A stretch of 64,000 bases of DNA from Bacteroidota bacterium (lineage in GTDB: Bacteria > Bacteroidota > Bacteroidia > Bacteroidales > WCHB1-69), in assembly GCA_009786185.1 (NCBI GenBank), contig WQTS01000144.1, positions 46,127 to 110,126 on the forward strand, in the 5' to 3' direction. Below the pieces are notes generated by a model that saw nothing but the letters and a program-made list of their open reading frames with translations, made no database searches and was not told the DNA's origin. Position 1 is the stretch's first letter. Every line of letters begins with the position of its first letter. The translations under genes and the position numbers were made by a program. This document shows, in pieces, positions 45,298 through 57,293 of this stretch.

Positions 45298-45312
45298 AAC
45301 CACAGAAAGAAA

Positions 45313-45669
45313 TTAAGAATAATAGATTCGCTGCGAAGTGAAATTCAAGAAATTAATCCCCACTAATTTTAGCAATGGCGGAATGGGATATTCAAAAATA
45401 GGTGTCGTTTTTTCAAAAAACTCATTTACAGAAATATAGAAAAACAAAACCGTTTCTACTAAAGGAGATGAAAAACAAGCAGTTTCACTTTTAACAAACT
45501 CACCTTCTATTTTAACTAAAATCTTAGTCTCATGACAATGATTATGTTCATTTTTAGCATGAACATGCTTAGAGCAGCATTCATGCAATGTGATGACAAT
45601 ACCCGATGAGAGCATAAAGAAAAATGCACTAAAAAGAATGATAAACGAATTGCGAAATTTCTTTTTCAT
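45313..45669 (-). CDS. Small secreted Cys/His-rich protein encoded upstream of the TonB-dependent receptor (possibly HYC_CC_PP-like)
   Basis: MKKKFRNSFIILFSAFFFML signal/anchor, LHECCSKHVHAKNEHNHCHE and a C-terminal YPIPPLL. The start at 45669 fits the -7 box at 45691-45698. Confidence 0.55.
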   Translation of the reverse strand: MKKKFRNSFIILFSAFFFMLSSGIVITLHECCSKHVHAKNEHNHCHETKILVKIEGEFVKSETACFSSPLVETVLFFYISVNEFFEKTTPIFEYPIPPLLKLVGINFLNFTSQRIYYS

Positions 45670-45690
45670 CAGGATGAATAAATGAGGGCA

Positions 45691-45698
45691 CAAAAATA
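45691..45698 (-). promoter_or_regulatory. -7 box TATTTTTG (minus strand) for the 45313..45669 / receptor operon
   Basis: The reverse complement of CAAAAATA matches TAnnTTTG 22 nt upstream of the ATG at 45669. Confidence 0.45.
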
Positions 45699-45791
45699 GA
45701 TTTTTTTAAAATACCTTTATTTTGAAAAAAGAATAAGTTTTATCTTTTTTTGAAAAAATACTATCCTATACTTTTCATATTAATATTTAAT

Positions 45792-45799
45792 TATATTTG
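45792..45799 (+). promoter_or_regulatory. -7 box TATATTTG upstream of secE
   Basis: It is the only TAnnTTTG match I found between 45700 and 46000. It implies a ~190-nt AT-rich leader. Confidence 0.35.
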
Positions 45800-45999
45800 C
45801 GACCCTTAAAAAATAGTATGTGTACAAATGGGTTTTAGGCGTTTTGACGCGTTGTAATGTGCTATAGGTAAATGGTTTAAATCTGTGATTATGTATTGTT
45901 GATAAAATTAGGTTTGGTAAAGAAAGAGAGATTTTCTTCCAAAATTTTATGCAAAGCATACTTTTAATATCGAATAATAATAAAAAAAATAGCTGAAAA

Positions 46000-46191
46000 A
46001 TGAAAAAAGTAGTGAATTATTTTAAAGGAATTTACGAAGAGTTGGTTCATAAAGTAACTTGGCCCTCTATGAAAGATCTTCAAAATAGCGTTGTCGTGGT
46101 GTCCATTGCTTCCCTTATCATTGCACTTATAGTGTTTATGATGGACTTCGTGTTCAATGCAGGCGTTCACGCCTTATTCCCTACTATGTAG
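46000..46191 (+). CDS. secE: Preprotein translocase subunit SecE
   Basis: 63 aa, YFKGIYEELVHKVTWPSMKDL followed by a single TM helix. It sits directly upstream of nusG. Confidence 0.9.
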   Translation: MKKVVNYFKGIYEELVHKVTWPSMKDLQNSVVVVSIASLIIALIVFMMDFVFNAGVHALFPTM

Positions 46192-46227
46192 TTTTTTATC
46201 TTAGTTGGTATTTTCATCCAATACACT

Positions 46228-46788
46228 TTGAGTATGGCAGAAATTGAAAAAAAGTGGTATGTTATTCGTGCTGCTACCGGAACTGAAAAAAAGGTAAAGT
46301 CGAACATCGAAAGCGAAGTTCAAGCTTCTCCTTATGTTAAAGATACGGTAACGCGCGTGCTCATTCCCACAGAAAAAGTTTACCAAATTCGCAACGGTAA
46401 AAAAGTAAGTAAAGAGCGCAATTATTTCCCCGGATACGTTTTCGTTGAGGCGATTATGAACGGAGAAACAAAACACACTTTGCTTAACGTGCCGGGCGTG
46501 CTCGGATTCGTAGGTTGCAAACGCAAAACCGAAGATCCTATTCCATTACGCCCCATCGAAGTTACCCGAATGTTAGGAAAAGTAGACGAATTGCTCGAAC
46601 AAGACGATGCGTATGCAACACCTTACATCGTTGGCGAAGAAATCAAAGTGATTGATGGTCCCTTCAACACTTTTACCGGTATCATTGAAGAAGTGAATAC
46701 CGAGAAAAAGAAACTGAAAGTTATGGTGAAAATTTTCGGTCGTAAAACCCCTCTCGAATTGAGTTTTATGCAAGTTGAAAAAGCGTAG
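46228..46788 (+). CDS. nusG: Transcription termination/antitermination factor NusG
   Basis: [16 protein letters not shown] (NGN domain) and a C-terminal [24 protein letters not shown]. The start could instead be 46234. Confidence 0.95.
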   Translation: MSMAEIEKKWYVIRAATGTEKKVKSNIESEVQASPYVKDTVTRVLIPTEKVYQIRNGKKVSKERNYFPGYVFVEAIMNGETKHTLLNVPGVLGFVGCKRKTEDPIPLRPIEVTRMLGKVDELLEQDDAYATPYIVGEEIKVIDGPFNTFTGIIEEVNTEKKKLKVMVKIFGRKTPLELSFMQVEKA

Positions 46789-46832
46789 GAAGTGCCAACA
46801 TCAATTAGTTACAAACAATTAAAAACAAACAA

Positions 46833-47282
46833 ATGGCAAAAGAAGTAGCTGCACTAATTAAGTTACAAATCAAAGGAGGTGCTGCCAATCCATCGCCACC
46901 CGTTGGACCCGCATTAGGGGCAAAAGGGGTGAACATTATGGAATTTTGCAAACAGTTTAATGCACGTACGCAAGAACAAGCCGGTAAGGTAGTTCCCGTT
47001 GTGATAACTGTTTACAAAGATAAGTCGTTCGACTTTATCACCAAAACTCCTCCGGTTCCGGTTCAATTAATGGAATTTACCAAAATTCAAAAAGGTTCGA
47101 AAGAGCCGAATAGGGATAAGGTAGGTAACGTTACTTGGGATCAGGTGCGTACCATTGCAGAAGTAAAAATGGTGGACTTAAATTGTTTTACAATGGAAGC
47201 CGCCATGAGCATGGTAGCAGGAACCGCAAGAAGTATGGGGATTACCGTAAAAGGTGGTACTGAACCTTCTGAACAAAATTAA
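46833..47282 (+). CDS. rplK: 50S ribosomal protein L11
   Basis: [35 protein letters not shown] is canonical. Confidence 0.95.
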   Translation: MAKEVAALIKLQIKGGAANPSPPVGPALGAKGVNIMEFCKQFNARTQEQAGKVVPVVITVYKDKSFDFITKTPPVPVQLMEFTKIQKGSKEPNRDKVGNVTWDQVRTIAEVKMVDLNCFTMEAAMSMVAGTARSMGITVKGGTEPSEQN

Positions 47283-47307
47283 TCATTAAAGTAATAACAA
47301 AATCAAC

Positions 47308-48000
47308 ATGGCAAAAATATCTAAAAAACGCAAAGAAGCTCTTGCCAAATTCGATAAGACAAAGGTGTACGCCTTGACCGAAGCCGTGGAAGTAGTGAAA
47401 AGCATCACTTACACCAAGTTTGATTCTTCTTTCGACATTGACGTCCGTTTGGGCGTGGATCCGAGAAAAGCCAATCAAATGGTGCGTGGTGTAGTAACAC
47501 TCCCACACGGAACAGGAAAAGTAACACGCGTACTCGTACTTTGTACGCCGGATAAGGAAGACGAAGCTAAAGCTGCAGGCGCCGACCACGTAGGCTTAGA
47601 CGACTACGTTGAAAAAATTAAAAAAGGTTGGACCGACGTTGATGTGATCATTACTATGCCCAGCGTAATGCCTAAAATAGGCGCTCTCGGTAAAATTTTG
47701 GGACCCCGCGGCTTAATGCCCAACCCAAAAGCCGGAACCGTTACTATGGATGTTGGCAAAGCTGTTGCTGAAGTAAAAGCCGGTAAAATTGACTTTAAAG
47801 TTGATAAATACGGCATTATTCATTCCGGAATCGGAAAAGTAAACTTCACCTCCGACAAACTTATGGACAACGTGAAAGAGATGATGAGCACCATCATGAA
47901 ACTTAAACCTACCGCTGCAAAAGGTACTTATGTAAAAAGTATCTATTTGTCGAGCACCATGAGCCCAGGAGTTCAAGTTGATGTGAAATCAGTATCATAA
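47308..48000 (+). CDS. rplA: 50S ribosomal protein L1
   Basis: [34 protein letters not shown] is canonical. Confidence 0.95.
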   Translation: MAKISKKRKEALAKFDKTKVYALTEAVEVVKSITYTKFDSSFDIDVRLGVDPRKANQMVRGVVTLPHGTGKVTRVLVLCTPDKEDEAKAAGADHVGLDDYVEKIKKGWTDVDVIITMPSVMPKIGALGKILGPRGLMPNPKAGTVTMDVGKAVAEVKAGKIDFKVDKYGIIHSGIGKVNFTSDKLMDNVKEMMSTIMKLKPTAAKGTYVKSIYLSSTMSPGVQVDVKSVS

Positions 48001-48022
48001 TCATTAATGCTAAATTAAACGT

Positions 48023-48535
48023 ATGAAACAACAAGAAAAAAGTCTAATTGTAGACGCAATTGCAAAAGATTTAGCTGATTATCCGCATGTGTACATTACC
48101 GATATGTCCGGATTTACTGTTGAAACCGTAAACCAATTGAGGAGAATCTGTTACCGTAGAAACATTAAATTAAAAGTGGTGAAAAACACCCTTTTAAAAC
48201 GTGCTATGGATCAATCTCCCGTTGATTATTCGGAAATCTACCCCGCTCTAAAAGGCGTTTCTTCCATTATGCTTTCTGAAACCGGAAATGCACCCGCAAA
48301 ATTAATCAAAGAATTTCGTGCAAAAAAGACGAAACCTATGGTGAAAGCGGCGTTTATTGAAGGATGTACCTATTTTGGCGATCAGCTGGATTTTCTCTGT
48401 GCAATCAAATCCAGAGAAGAACTTATTGGAGACCTCGTGGGCTTATTACAATCTCCTGCACGCAATGTTATGTCGGCGCTTCAATCGGGCGGCGGAAAAC
48501 TCGCAGGAATCGTTAAAACCCTCTCCGAAAGATAA
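48023..48535 (+). CDS. rplJ: 50S ribosomal protein L10
   Basis: Position between rplA and rplL, with an L10-like sequence (VNQLRRICYRRNIKLKVVKNTLLKRA). Confidence 0.9.
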   Translation: MKQQEKSLIVDAIAKDLADYPHVYITDMSGFTVETVNQLRRICYRRNIKLKVVKNTLLKRAMDQSPVDYSEIYPALKGVSSIMLSETGNAPAKLIKEFRAKKTKPMVKAAFIEGCTYFGDQLDFLCAIKSREELIGDLVGLLQSPARNVMSALQSGGGKLAGIVKTLSER

Positions 48536-48550
48536 TTTAAAAATTAAAAA

Positions 48551-48599
48551 TTTAAAGATTTAAGCTCACAATAACCTTTTAAATTCTTAAATCTTTAAA
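48551..48599. repeat. Perfect 14-bp inverted repeat TTTAAAGATTTAAG / CTTAAATCTTTAAA in the rplJ-rplL spacer
   Basis: Read directly from the sequence. The loop is 21 nt. It is AT-rich and built from heptamer-like words. Confidence 0.8.
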
Positions 48600-48651
48600 T
48601 CCTTAAAAAAAACCAAAAAAATCAAAATTAACAATCAAAAATCATAAAGTT

Positions 48652-49026
48652 ATGGCAGATTTGAAAAAATTCGCAGAAGAGTTAGTTAACCTTACAGTAA
48701 AAGAAGTTAACGAGTTAGCTCAAATTTTAAAAGAAGAGTACGGTATTGAACCAGCAGCAGCAGCAGTAGCAGTAGCAGCAGGTCCCGCCGCCGCAGCTGA
48801 AGAAGTGGAAGAAAAAACACAATTCGACGTAATTCTTAAAGCCGCAGGTCCAAATAAATTAGCTGTTGTTAAATTAGTTAAAGAATTAACCAGCTTAGGA
48901 CTTAAAGAAGCGAAAGAATTAGTTGATGCAGCTCCGAAACCGGTGAAAGAAGCCGTTACGAAAGACGAAGCAGAAGGCTTGAGAAAATCATTAGAAGAAG
49001 CCGGCGCTGAAGTTGAGGTGAAATAA
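48652..49026 (+). CDS. rplL: 50S ribosomal protein L7/L12
   Basis: Ala-rich hinge [17 protein letters not shown] and a C-terminal [17 protein letters not shown]. Confidence 0.95.
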   Translation: MADLKKFAEELVNLTVKEVNELAQILKEEYGIEPAAAAVAVAAGPAAAAEEVEEKTQFDVILKAAGPNKLAVVKLVKELTSLGLKEAKELVDAAPKPVKEAVTKDEAEGLRKSLEEAGAEVEVK

Positions 49027-49043
49027 ACCTCTTTCAAAAAAAT

Positions 49044-49097
49044 CAGTGAGTACATATTCCTAAATATGAATAGGAGTAGTGTACTCACTGTGTTTTA
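49044..49097 (+). terminator. Strong hairpin (11-bp outer stem CAGTGAGTACA/TGTACTCACTG plus inner TCCTA/TAGGA) and T-rich tail: rplL-rpoB attenuator/partial terminator
   Basis: The stem was read directly. This position matches the known attenuator between rplL and rpoB in other bacteria. Confidence 0.65.
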
Positions 49098-49178
49098 ATG
49101 AATTTGCTTTACTGCAAAATTCATAACTCATTAAAGACTAAACTATTCTTGAATCATTAACCTCTAAATTTTAATCCC

Positions 49179-52100
49179 TTGACAACAAAAGACAATCAAA
49201 GATTCAGTTTTGCAACCACGAAGCAAGTGGAATATCCTGACTTTTTGGATATACAATTAAAATCATTTCAAGAATTTTTTCAATTAGATACCGATGCGGA
49301 AAAAAGGAGTCATGAAGGACTCTATCGTGTATTTCAAGAGAATTTTCCTATTGTGGACGCCCGTAACAGCTTTCTGTTGGAGTTTCAAGACTATTACTTG
49401 GACGCACCCAGATATTCAACCGATGAATGTTTGGAAAGAGGCTTAACTTATAGCGCTCCGCTAAAGGTAAAACTCAAACTTTCGTGCAATGACATTGAAC
49501 ACGAGGATTTTGAAACGGTTATTCAAGACGTGTATTTAGGCATGGTTCCTTACATGACGCCGAGAGGAACTTTTATCATTAACGGCGCAGAACGCGTGGT
49601 GGTGTCGCAATTGCACCGCTCGCCGGGCGTATTTTTCGGTTCCTCGTATCATAACAACGGCTCGCAGCTCTATTCGGCGCGTATTATTCCGTTTAAAGGT
49701 TCGTGGATGGAATTTACCACCGACATTAACAATGTGATGTATGCGTACATCGACAGAAAGAAAAAATTGCCCGTAACCACCTTGTTAAGAGCCATTGGTT
49801 ACGAAACAGATAAAGATATTTTGGATATTTTTAACATCGCGGAAGAGGTGAAAGTAACCAAAGTAAATCTGAAGAAAAATGTAGGAAAGAAATTAGCAGC
49901 TCGCGTAATGAAAGTGCGTACGGAGGATTTCGTGGACGGCGAAACCGGTGAAGTAGTGAACATTGAACGTACCGAACTCATTATTGATAGAGAAACAATA
50001 TTAGAAGACAAGCATATTCCTTTAATTATGGACGCCAATATTAAAACGGTATTGTTCCATAATGAAGATGAAAATAAAACGGATTACTCAATCATTTTCA
50101 ATACGTTGCAAAAAGATACGGCAAACTCTGAAAAACAGGCGTTAGAATATATCTATTTGCAACTTCGTAATACGGCGCCACCGGATGAGGAAGCTGCAAG
50201 AAGCGCGTTAGAGAAACTATTCTTCTCTGATAAACGCTACGATTTGGGCGAGGTGGGTAGATACCGTATCAATAAAAAATTAGGATTGACTACTCCGATT
50301 GATACAAGAATTTTAACCAAAGAAGATATTATTTCGATTATTCGCCATTTGGTACAGTTAATCAACTCGAAAACAGAGGTGGATGACATTGACCACTTGA
50401 GCAACCGTCGTGTGAGAACAGTGGGCGAACAATTGTCAAACCAATTTGGTATTGGATTGGCGCGTATGGCAAGAACCATTCGTGAAAAAATGAATGTTCG
50501 TGATAACGAAGTATTTATCCCCGGCGATTTGATTAACTCAAAAACTCTTTCTTCGGTAATTAATTCGTTCTTCGGAACCAACCAGTTATCTCAATTCATG
50601 GATCAAACCAATCCGCTTTCGGAAATTACCCATAAAAGAAGAATTTCTGCGTTGGGACCCGGCGGTTTATCAAGAGAGAGGGCAGGTTTCGAGGTGCGCG
50701 ACGTGCATTACACGCACTACGGTCGTTTGTGTACGATTGAAACGCCCGAAGGTCCGAACATCGGATTGATTTCATCGCTTTGCGTGTTTGCCAAAATTAA
50801 TAAATTGGGATTTATTGAAACACCGTATAAAAAAGTAACAGACGGTGTAGTGCAAATGGATGAAGCCGCCATCTATTTAAGTGCGGAAGAAGAAGAAAAT
50901 AAAATTATTGCACAAGCAAAAACCGATATTAGCGAGAAAGGTGAGTTGGATGACAAAATAAAAGCGCGTCAACTTGCAGATTATCCGATTGTTGCTAAAG
51001 AACAAGTGGATTTGATAGATATTGCGCCCAACCAAATCGCATCTATAGCGGCTTCGTTAATTCCGTTCTTGGAAAACGACGACGCGAACCGTGCTTTGAT
51101 GGGCTCGAACATGATGCGCCAAGCGGTGCCGCTCTTGTGTCCCGAAGTGCCGATTGTAGGTACCGGATTGGAAAAACAAGTAGCATTAGATTCTCGCTCG
51201 CAAATTCGCGCAGAAGGAACAGGAACCGTAGAATATGTTGATGGTGAAAGAATTAGAATTAACTACGATTATACGGAAAACGAAAAATTGGTTAGTTTCG
51301 ACTCGCATGTTAAAGAGTATGAACTGCCTAAGTTTAAAAGAACCAACCAAAATTCTTGTATCAACATTAAGCCCACGGTGAAAAAAGGACAGAAAGTAGT
51401 GAAGGGCGATGTGATTACGGAAGGTTACGCTACAAAAGAAGGCGAATTAGCGCTGGGAAGAAACATGATGGTGGCGTTCATGCCTTGGAAAGGATACAAT
51501 TTTGAGGACGCGATTGTGATTTCCGAAAAAGTGGTGAAAGAAGATATTTTCACTTCTATTCATATTGAAGAATTTACCCTGGAAGTACGTGATACAAAGC
51601 GTGGTATCGAAGAGTTAACCAGCGATATTCCCAATGTTTCTTCGGATGCTACTAAAGATTTGACGGAAGACGGTTTGATTCGCATTGGTGCGGAAGTGAA
51701 AGAGGGTGATATTTTGATTGGAAAAATTACACCAAAAGGTGAATCTTATCCTACTCCTGAAGAAAAACTATTGCGTGCGATCTTCGGTGATAAAGCCGGC
51801 GATGTAAAAGATGCTTCTCTAAAAGCGCCTCCTTCCATGAAAGGAGTTGTGATTGGTGCAAAATCGATGTCTCGTTTGGTAAAAGACAGAAAAACAAGAA
51901 CGCGCGACAAAGATATGGTTTCGGAAATTGAAGCCAAATATGGTAAGATTAAAGGTGACCTCAAAGATGAGTTAGTAGCTAAGTTGTACAAAATATTAGA
52001 CGGAAAAATTTCGCACAATGTATATGATAACATGAAAAATGTGATCATTTCAAAAGGCGCAAAATTCTCGCAAAAAATGCTGATAGGTGTTAATTATACA

Positions 52101-52979
52101 ACTATAAGTGTTTCTAAATGGACGAACGACGCTAAGGTAAACCAATTAGTAGCGGATACCATCCGAAACTTTTTAGCGAAAGAACGTTACTACTATTCTT
52201 TAGAAACGCGCGAAAAATTTGATGCCACGATTGGTAGCGAGCTTCCGAGCGGTATTGTGCAAATGGCGAAAGTTTATATTGCTGAAAAACGTAAGCTGAA
52301 AGTTGGAGATAAAATGGCAGGACGCCACGGAAACAAAGGTATTGTTGCGAAAATTGTGCGCGAAGAAGATATGCCTTTCTTGGAAGACGGAACTCCGGTG
52401 GACATCGTGTTGAACCCGTTGGGTGTGCCTTCGCGTATGAATTTGGGACAAATTTACGAAACCGTTTTAGGTTGGGCAGGCAAAACGTTGAATATGAAGT
52501 TTTCAACGCCTATTTTCGATGGTGCATCCATTGAGCAAATCAATGATCTGATGGGCCAAGCGCAACTTCCGCAAAACGGAAACGTGCAATTGTACGACGG
52601 CGAAACCGGCGAGAAATTCCACCAAAAAGTAACGGCAGGTTACATTTACATGATTAAGCTGCATCACATGGTAGACGACAAAATGCACGCGCGTTCTATT
52701 GGACCGTACTCGCTCATTACGCAACAGCCGTTAGGCGGTAAAGCGCAATTTGGAGGACAACGTTTTGGAGAGATGGAGGTTTGGGCAATTGAAGCGTTTG
52801 GCGCCGCCAACATCCTTCAAGAGATCCTTACCGTAAAATCGGACGACGTGGTAGGAAGAGCCAAAACGTACGAAGCGATTGTGAAAGGCGATAACATGCC
52901 TACGCCGGGGTTACCGGAATCGTTTAACGTATTGGTGAACGAGTTACGCGGCTTAGCATTAGATATAAAATTTGATTAA
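49179..52979 (+). CDS. rpoB: DNA-directed RNA polymerase subunit beta (TTG start)
   Basis: Full-length RpoB ([38 protein letters not shown], etc). There is an in-frame stop at 49158-49160 and no ATG before the conserved N-terminus, so TTG at 49179 is the best start. Confidence 0.95.
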   Translation: MTTKDNQRFSFATTKQVEYPDFLDIQLKSFQEFFQLDTDAEKRSHEGLYRVFQENFPIVDARNSFLLEFQDYYLDAPRYSTDECLERGLTYSAPLKVKLKLSCNDIEHEDFETVIQDVYLGMVPYMTPRGTFIINGAERVVVSQLHRSPGVFFGSSYHNNGSQLYSARIIPFKGSWMEFTTDINNVMYAYIDRKKKLPVTTLLRAIGYETDKDILDIFNIAEEVKVTKVNLKKNVGKKLAARVMKVRTEDFVDGETGEVVNIERTELIIDRETILEDKHIPLIMDANIKTVLFHNEDENKTDYSIIFNTLQKDTANSEKQALEYIYLQLRNTAPPDEEAARSALEKLFFSDKRYDLGEVGRYRINKKLGLTTPIDTRILTKEDIISIIRHLVQLINSKTEVDDIDHLSNRRVRTVGEQLSNQFGIGLARMARTIREKMNVRDNEVFIPGDLINSKTLSSVINSFFGTNQLSQFMDQTNPLSEITHKRRISALGPGGLSRERAGFEVRDVHYTHYGRLCTIETPEGPNIGLISSLCVFAKINKLGFIETPYKKVTDGVVQMDEAAIYLSAEEEENKIIAQAKTDISEKGELDDKIKARQLADYPIVAKEQVDLIDIAPNQIASIAASLIPFLENDDANRALMGSNMMRQAVPLLCPEVPIVGTGLEKQVALDSRSQIRAEGTGTVEYVDGERIRINYDYTENEKLVSFDSHVKEYELPKFKRTNQNSCINIKPTVKKGQKVVKGDVITEGYATKEGELALGRNMMVAFMPWKGYNFEDAIVISEKVVKEDIFTSIHIEEFTLEVRDTKRGIEELTSDIPNVSSDATKDLTEDGLIRIGAEVKEGDILIGKITPKGESYPTPEEKLLRAIFGDKAGDVKDASLKAPPSMKGVVIGAKSMSRLVKDRKTRTRDKDMVSEIEAKYGKIKGDLKDELVAKLYKILDGKISHNVYDNMKNVIISKGAKFSQKMLIGVNYTTISVSKWTNDAKVNQLVADTIRNFLAKERYYYSLETREKFDATIGSELPSGIVQMAKVYIAEKRKLKVGDKMAGRHGNKGIVAKIVREEDMPFLEDGTPVDIVLNPLGVPSRMNLGQIYETVLGWAGKTLNMKFSTPIFDGASIEQINDLMGQAQLPQNGNVQLYDGETGEKFHQKVTAGYIYMIKLHHMVDDKMHARSIGPYSLITQQPLGGKAQFGGQRFGEMEVWAIEAFGAANILQEILTVKSDDVVGRAKTYEAIVKGDNMPTPGLPESFNVLVNELRGLALDIKFD

Positions 52980-53012
52980 TCATTAACCATTAATCATTAA
53001 CCACTAATCACT
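52978..53012. repeat. Tandem 14-mer AATCATTAACCATT / AATCATTAACCACT / AATCACT filling the rpoB-rpoC spacer
   Basis: Read directly from the sequence. Each 14-mer is two related heptamers. Confidence 0.85.
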
Positions 53013-53018
53013 ATAAAT

Positions 53019-56000
53019 ATGGCAGTAAAAAAAGATACAAACACAAGAAAAGAATTTTCGAGAATCACTATTAGTTTGGCAGCGCCGGAAACTATTTTGG
53101 AACAATCGTTTGGCGAAGTGCTAAAACCGGAAACCATCAACTACAGAACTTACAAACCCGAACGGGAAGGTTTGTTTTGCGAGAAGATTTTCGGTCCGGT
53201 AAAAGACTGGGAATGTCACTGCGGAAAATACAAACGTATTCGTTATAAAGGCATCGTTTGCGACCGCTGCGGCGTGGAAGTTACTGAACGCAAAGTGCGT
53301 AGAGAACGCTTAGGGCATATTCAATTGGTGGTTCCTGTGGCGCACATTTGGTTCTTCAAATCGTTGCCCAACAAAATTGCTGCACTTTTGGGGCTATCTG
53401 CGAAACAAGTAGATTCGGTGATTTATTACGAAAGATATGTGGTAGTGCAACCCGGTGTTGCTGAAAGCGATACAGTTAAAAGACTCACTTTGTTAGCAGA
53501 AGATGAATATTTTAACATCACCGAAAATTTACCGCCCGAGAATAAATTATTGGATGATACCGATCCCAATAAATTTATTGCCAAAATGGGTGCGGAGGGT
53601 ATTTTCGATTTGTTAACCAATATTGATTTGGATGCCGAATCGTTTTATTTAAGAGATAAAGCAAATAACGAAACCTCTCAACAAAGAAAACAGGAAATCC
53701 TTAAAAGATTGCATGTTTATGAAGCGTTCCGTGATAGTAGAAGACGTGCTGTGAACAAACCGGAGTGGATGGTTTTGAAGATTATCCCGGTTATTCCGCC
53801 CGAACTTCGTCCGTTGGTGCCATTGGATGGCGGTCGTTTCGCTACTTCCGATTTGAACGATTTGTATCGCCGTGTAATCATTCGTAACAATCGTTTAAAA
53901 AGATTGATAGAGATTAAAGCGCCCGATGTAATCATGCGTAATGAAAAACGTATGTTGCAGGAAGCTGTAGATTCATTATTCGATAACTCGAAGAAAACCA
54001 ATGCAGTTAAAACAGAATCGAATCGTGCATTAAAATCACTGTCCGATAGTTTAAAAGGAAAACAAGGACGTTTCCGTCAAAATTTGTTAGGTAAACGTGT
54101 GGATTACTCCGGTCGTTCGGTAATTGTGGTAGGACCTGAATTACAATTGAATGAATGTGGTATTCCGAAAGATATGGCTGCCGAGCTGTTTAAGCCATTC
54201 ATTATTCGCAAATTATTAGAAAGAGGTTTGGTGAAAACCGTTAAATCGGCTAAAAAAATTGTAGATAAAAAAGAGCCGGTTGTGTGGGAAATTTTGGAGA
54301 ATATAATGAAAGGTCATCCGGTGTTGCTGAACCGTGCTCCTACACTGCACAGGCTTGGTATTCAGGCATTTCAACCACGTTTGGTAGAAGGTAAGGCAAT
54401 CCGTCTTCACCCGCTAACCTGTACGGCGTTTAACGCTGACTTTGACGGTGACCAGATGGCAGTACACGTTCCACTGGGCAATGCCGCTATCTTAGAAGCA
54501 CAAATGTTGATGTTGGCTTCGCACAATATCTTAAATCCCGCCAACGGAGCGCCTGTAACAGTGCCTTCACAAGACATGGTATTGGGGTTGTATTATATTA
54601 CGAAAGAATTGCATTCTACTCCGGAAAAACCTGTTTTAGGTGAAGGAAAAATTTTCTATTCTCCTGAAGAAGTGATTATTGCGTATAATGAAAAACGTCT
54701 CCACTTGAATGCACTCATCGAATGTAGGGTAAATTTGAATGGCGACGGCAAAATGGTGCGTATTAAAACCACAGTAGGTAGAGTAATTTTCAACCAAGTG
54801 GTTCCACGAGAGTATGGTTTTGTGAATGAACTGTTAACCAAAAAATCATTACGTGATATTATCGGCGAGGTGCTTATTAAAGCCGGCAATGCAAAAACCG
54901 CAAGATTTTTGGATGATATTATGGATTTGGGTTTCCGTATGGCATTTGAAGGCGGACTTTCGTTTAACTTGGGCGATGTGATTATACCGAAAGAAAAAGC
55001 GGCATTAATCGCAGATTCAAATAACAAGATTGATGAAATTACCATGAACTATAACATGGGTTGGATTACGAATAACGAGCGTTATAATCAGGTAGTTGAC
55101 ATTTGGTCGAACACGACACGTCGCTTGAATGATCTGTTATTAAGACAGATTGAAGAAGACAGACAAGGATTTAACCCTGTGCACATGATGCGCCACTCCG
55201 GTGCGCGTGGATCTTCGGAGCAGGTACGTCAGCTTTCCGGTATGCGTGGATTGATGGCGAAACCTACAAAAGCCGGTGCAGGTGGCGGTGAAATTATCGA
55301 AAACCCCATCTTATCTAACTTTAAAGAAGGTCTTTCGGTATTGGAGTATTTTATTTCAACGCACGGTGCACGTAAAGGTTTGGCAGATACGGCATTAAAA
55401 ACCGCTGATGCAGGATATTTGACCCGTCGTTTGGTAGACGTTTCTCATGACGTAATTATTACGGAAGAGGATTGTGGTACATTACGCGGTATGGTTATCA
55501 GTGCTTTAAAGAAAAACGAAGAAGTTGTAGAAACGTTGTCTGACAGATTGTTAGGTCGCGTTACCCTTCACGATGTTTATAATCCGCTTACCGGTGAAAT
55601 TATTGTGAAAGCGGGCGAAGAGTTGAACGAAGAATATTGCTATAAAATTGCCGAATCGCCTATTGAAGAGGTGGAGATTCGTTCGGTACCCACTTGCGAA
55701 GCTAAAGTAGGGGTTTGCCAAAAATGTTATGGTAGAAACTTGGCTACCGGAAAAATGGTGCAAATGGGAGAGGCGGTAGGTATTATTGCTGCTCAGTCTA
55801 TTGGTGAGCCGGGTACGCAGTTAACACTCCGTACGTTCCACGTGGGAGGGGTTGCCGGTAACATTGCCGCAAACAGCAAAATTGAAGCAAAATTTGATGG
55901 GGTATTAAGCATTGACGAGCTTCGTTACTTGGATAAAGTTGATGAGAATGGAAAACCGTACCTTAAAGTTATCGGTCGTTCGGCTGAGCTGAAAATCATT

Positions 56001-57290
56001 GATTTGAAAACAGGTATTGCATTATCTTCTGCAAATATTCCTTACGCATCGAACTTATATTACAAACATGGAGACCATGTGAAAAAAGGCGATTTGATTG
56101 CCGAATGGGATCCGTTTAATGCGCTTATTCTTTCCGACGTACCCGGTACGATTGATTTTCAAGATATTATCGAAGGTATTACCTATAGAGTAGAGACCGA
56201 CGAACAAACCAACATTCGCGATAAAGTGATTGTAGATAGTCGTTTAAAAGTACGTAACCCTGCCATTTTAATTTTGGATGACAAAGGTGAATTGATTAAA
56301 ACTTTTGACATTCCGGTGGGCGCTCGTTTGGCGGTTGAAGTTGGACAAAAGATTGATTCGGGTGAAATTCTCGTTAAAATACCGCGTGCTTTCGGAAAAT
56401 CGGGCGACATCACGGGAGGTCTTCCGCGTGTTACCGAGTTGTTTGAAGCGCGTAACCCCTCAGATCCGGCAGTAGTAGCAGAAATTGACGGTATCGTTCA
56501 ATTCGATAAAAAATTGAAAAGAGGTAATCGTTCTGTAAGAGTAGTTTCCAAAACAGATGAGGAAAAAACGTATCTTATTCCTACATCAAAACAAATTTTG
56601 GTGCAAGAAAACGATTATGTGAAAGCCGGTACGCCGCTTTCGGAAGGTGTATTAACGCCTGCGGACATCTTAAACATCAAAGGACCTATGAAAGTGCAAG
56701 AGTATATTGTGAATGAAATTCAGGAGGTTTACCGTTTACAAGGGGTGAAAATCAATGATAAGCACTTTGAAGTAATCGTACGCCAAATGATGCGTAAAAT
56801 GGAAATTGATGATCCGGGTGATACTAAATTCTTACAAGGTGAGTTGGTGAATAAGATTGACTTTCAAGAAGAAAACGACATGATTTGGGAAAAGAAAGTG
56901 GTAGTAGAAGAAGGCGATTCTGCAGAATTTCATAAAGGACAAATTATCAATGCCAAACGCTTACGCGATGAAAACTCTATATTGAAACGTAAAGACTTGC
57001 GTTTGGTAGAAGTGCGCGATGCGCGTCCGGCAACCGGTCGTCCTATTTTGCAAGGTATTACACGTGCGTCTCTTCAAACGCGCAGCTTTATCTCTGCGGC
57101 TTCGTTCCAGGAAACTACGAAAGTATTGACCGATGCAGCCATTAGCGCAAAAACCGACACGCTGGCGGGTATGAAAGAGAACGTAATTGTGGGACACCTC
57201 ATTCCGGCAGGAACGGGATTGAAAGAATATCAACATATTCAAGTAAGTTCTAAAGAAGAATATGAAACATTAATGGCCTCAAAAATGTAA
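53019..57290 (+). CDS. rpoC: DNA-directed RNA polymerase subunit beta'
   Basis: Zn-finger [23 protein letters not shown], catalytic NADFDGDQM and full-length collinearity. Confidence 0.97.
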   Translation: MAVKKDTNTRKEFSRITISLAAPETILEQSFGEVLKPETINYRTYKPEREGLFCEKIFGPVKDWECHCGKYKRIRYKGIVCDRCGVEVTERKVRRERLGHIQLVVPVAHIWFFKSLPNKIAALLGLSAKQVDSVIYYERYVVVQPGVAESDTVKRLTLLAEDEYFNITENLPPENKLLDDTDPNKFIAKMGAEGIFDLLTNIDLDAESFYLRDKANNETSQQRKQEILKRLHVYEAFRDSRRRAVNKPEWMVLKIIPVIPPELRPLVPLDGGRFATSDLNDLYRRVIIRNNRLKRLIEIKAPDVIMRNEKRMLQEAVDSLFDNSKKTNAVKTESNRALKSLSDSLKGKQGRFRQNLLGKRVDYSGRSVIVVGPELQLNECGIPKDMAAELFKPFIIRKLLERGLVKTVKSAKKIVDKKEPVVWEILENIMKGHPVLLNRAPTLHRLGIQAFQPRLVEGKAIRLHPLTCTAFNADFDGDQMAVHVPLGNAAILEAQMLMLASHNILNPANGAPVTVPSQDMVLGLYYITKELHSTPEKPVLGEGKIFYSPEEVIIAYNEKRLHLNALIECRVNLNGDGKMVRIKTTVGRVIFNQVVPREYGFVNELLTKKSLRDIIGEVLIKAGNAKTARFLDDIMDLGFRMAFEGGLSFNLGDVIIPKEKAALIADSNNKIDEITMNYNMGWITNNERYNQVVDIWSNTTRRLNDLLLRQIEEDRQGFNPVHMMRHSGARGSSEQVRQLSGMRGLMAKPTKAGAGGGEIIENPILSNFKEGLSVLEYFISTHGARKGLADTALKTADAGYLTRRLVDVSHDVIITEEDCGTLRGMVISALKKNEEVVETLSDRLLGRVTLHDVYNPLTGEIIVKAGEELNEEYCYKIAESPIEEVEIRSVPTCEAKVGVCQKCYGRNLATGKMVQMGEAVGIIAAQSIGEPGTQLTLRTFHVGGVAGNIAANSKIEAKFDGVLSIDELRYLDKVDENGKPYLKVIGRSAELKIIDLKTGIALSSANIPYASNLYYKHGDHVKKGDLIAEWDPFNALILSDVPGTIDFQDIIEGITYRVETDEQTNIRDKVIVDSRLKVRNPAILILDDKGELIKTFDIPVGARLAVEVGQKIDSGEILVKIPRAFGKSGDITGGLPRVTELFEARNPSDPAVVAEIDGIVQFDKKLKRGNRSVRVVSKTDEEKTYLIPTSKQILVQENDYVKAGTPLSEGVLTPADILNIKGPMKVQEYIVNEIQEVYRLQGVKINDKHFEVIVRQMMRKMEIDDPGDTKFLQGELVNKIDFQEENDMIWEKKVVVEEGDSAEFHKGQIINAKRLRDENSILKRKDLRLVEVRDARPATGRPILQGITRASLQTRSFISAASFQETTKVLTDAAISAKTDTLAGMKENVIVGHLIPAGTGLKEYQHIQVSSKEEYETLMASKM

Positions 57291-57293
57291 ACT

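Noticed and set aside
48720-49088. 122-aa antisense ORF opposite rplL
   Set aside because: It is the mirror of the Ala/Glu/Lys-rich L7/L12 coding sequence (an S/A-rich artefact) and runs into the attenuator hairpin.
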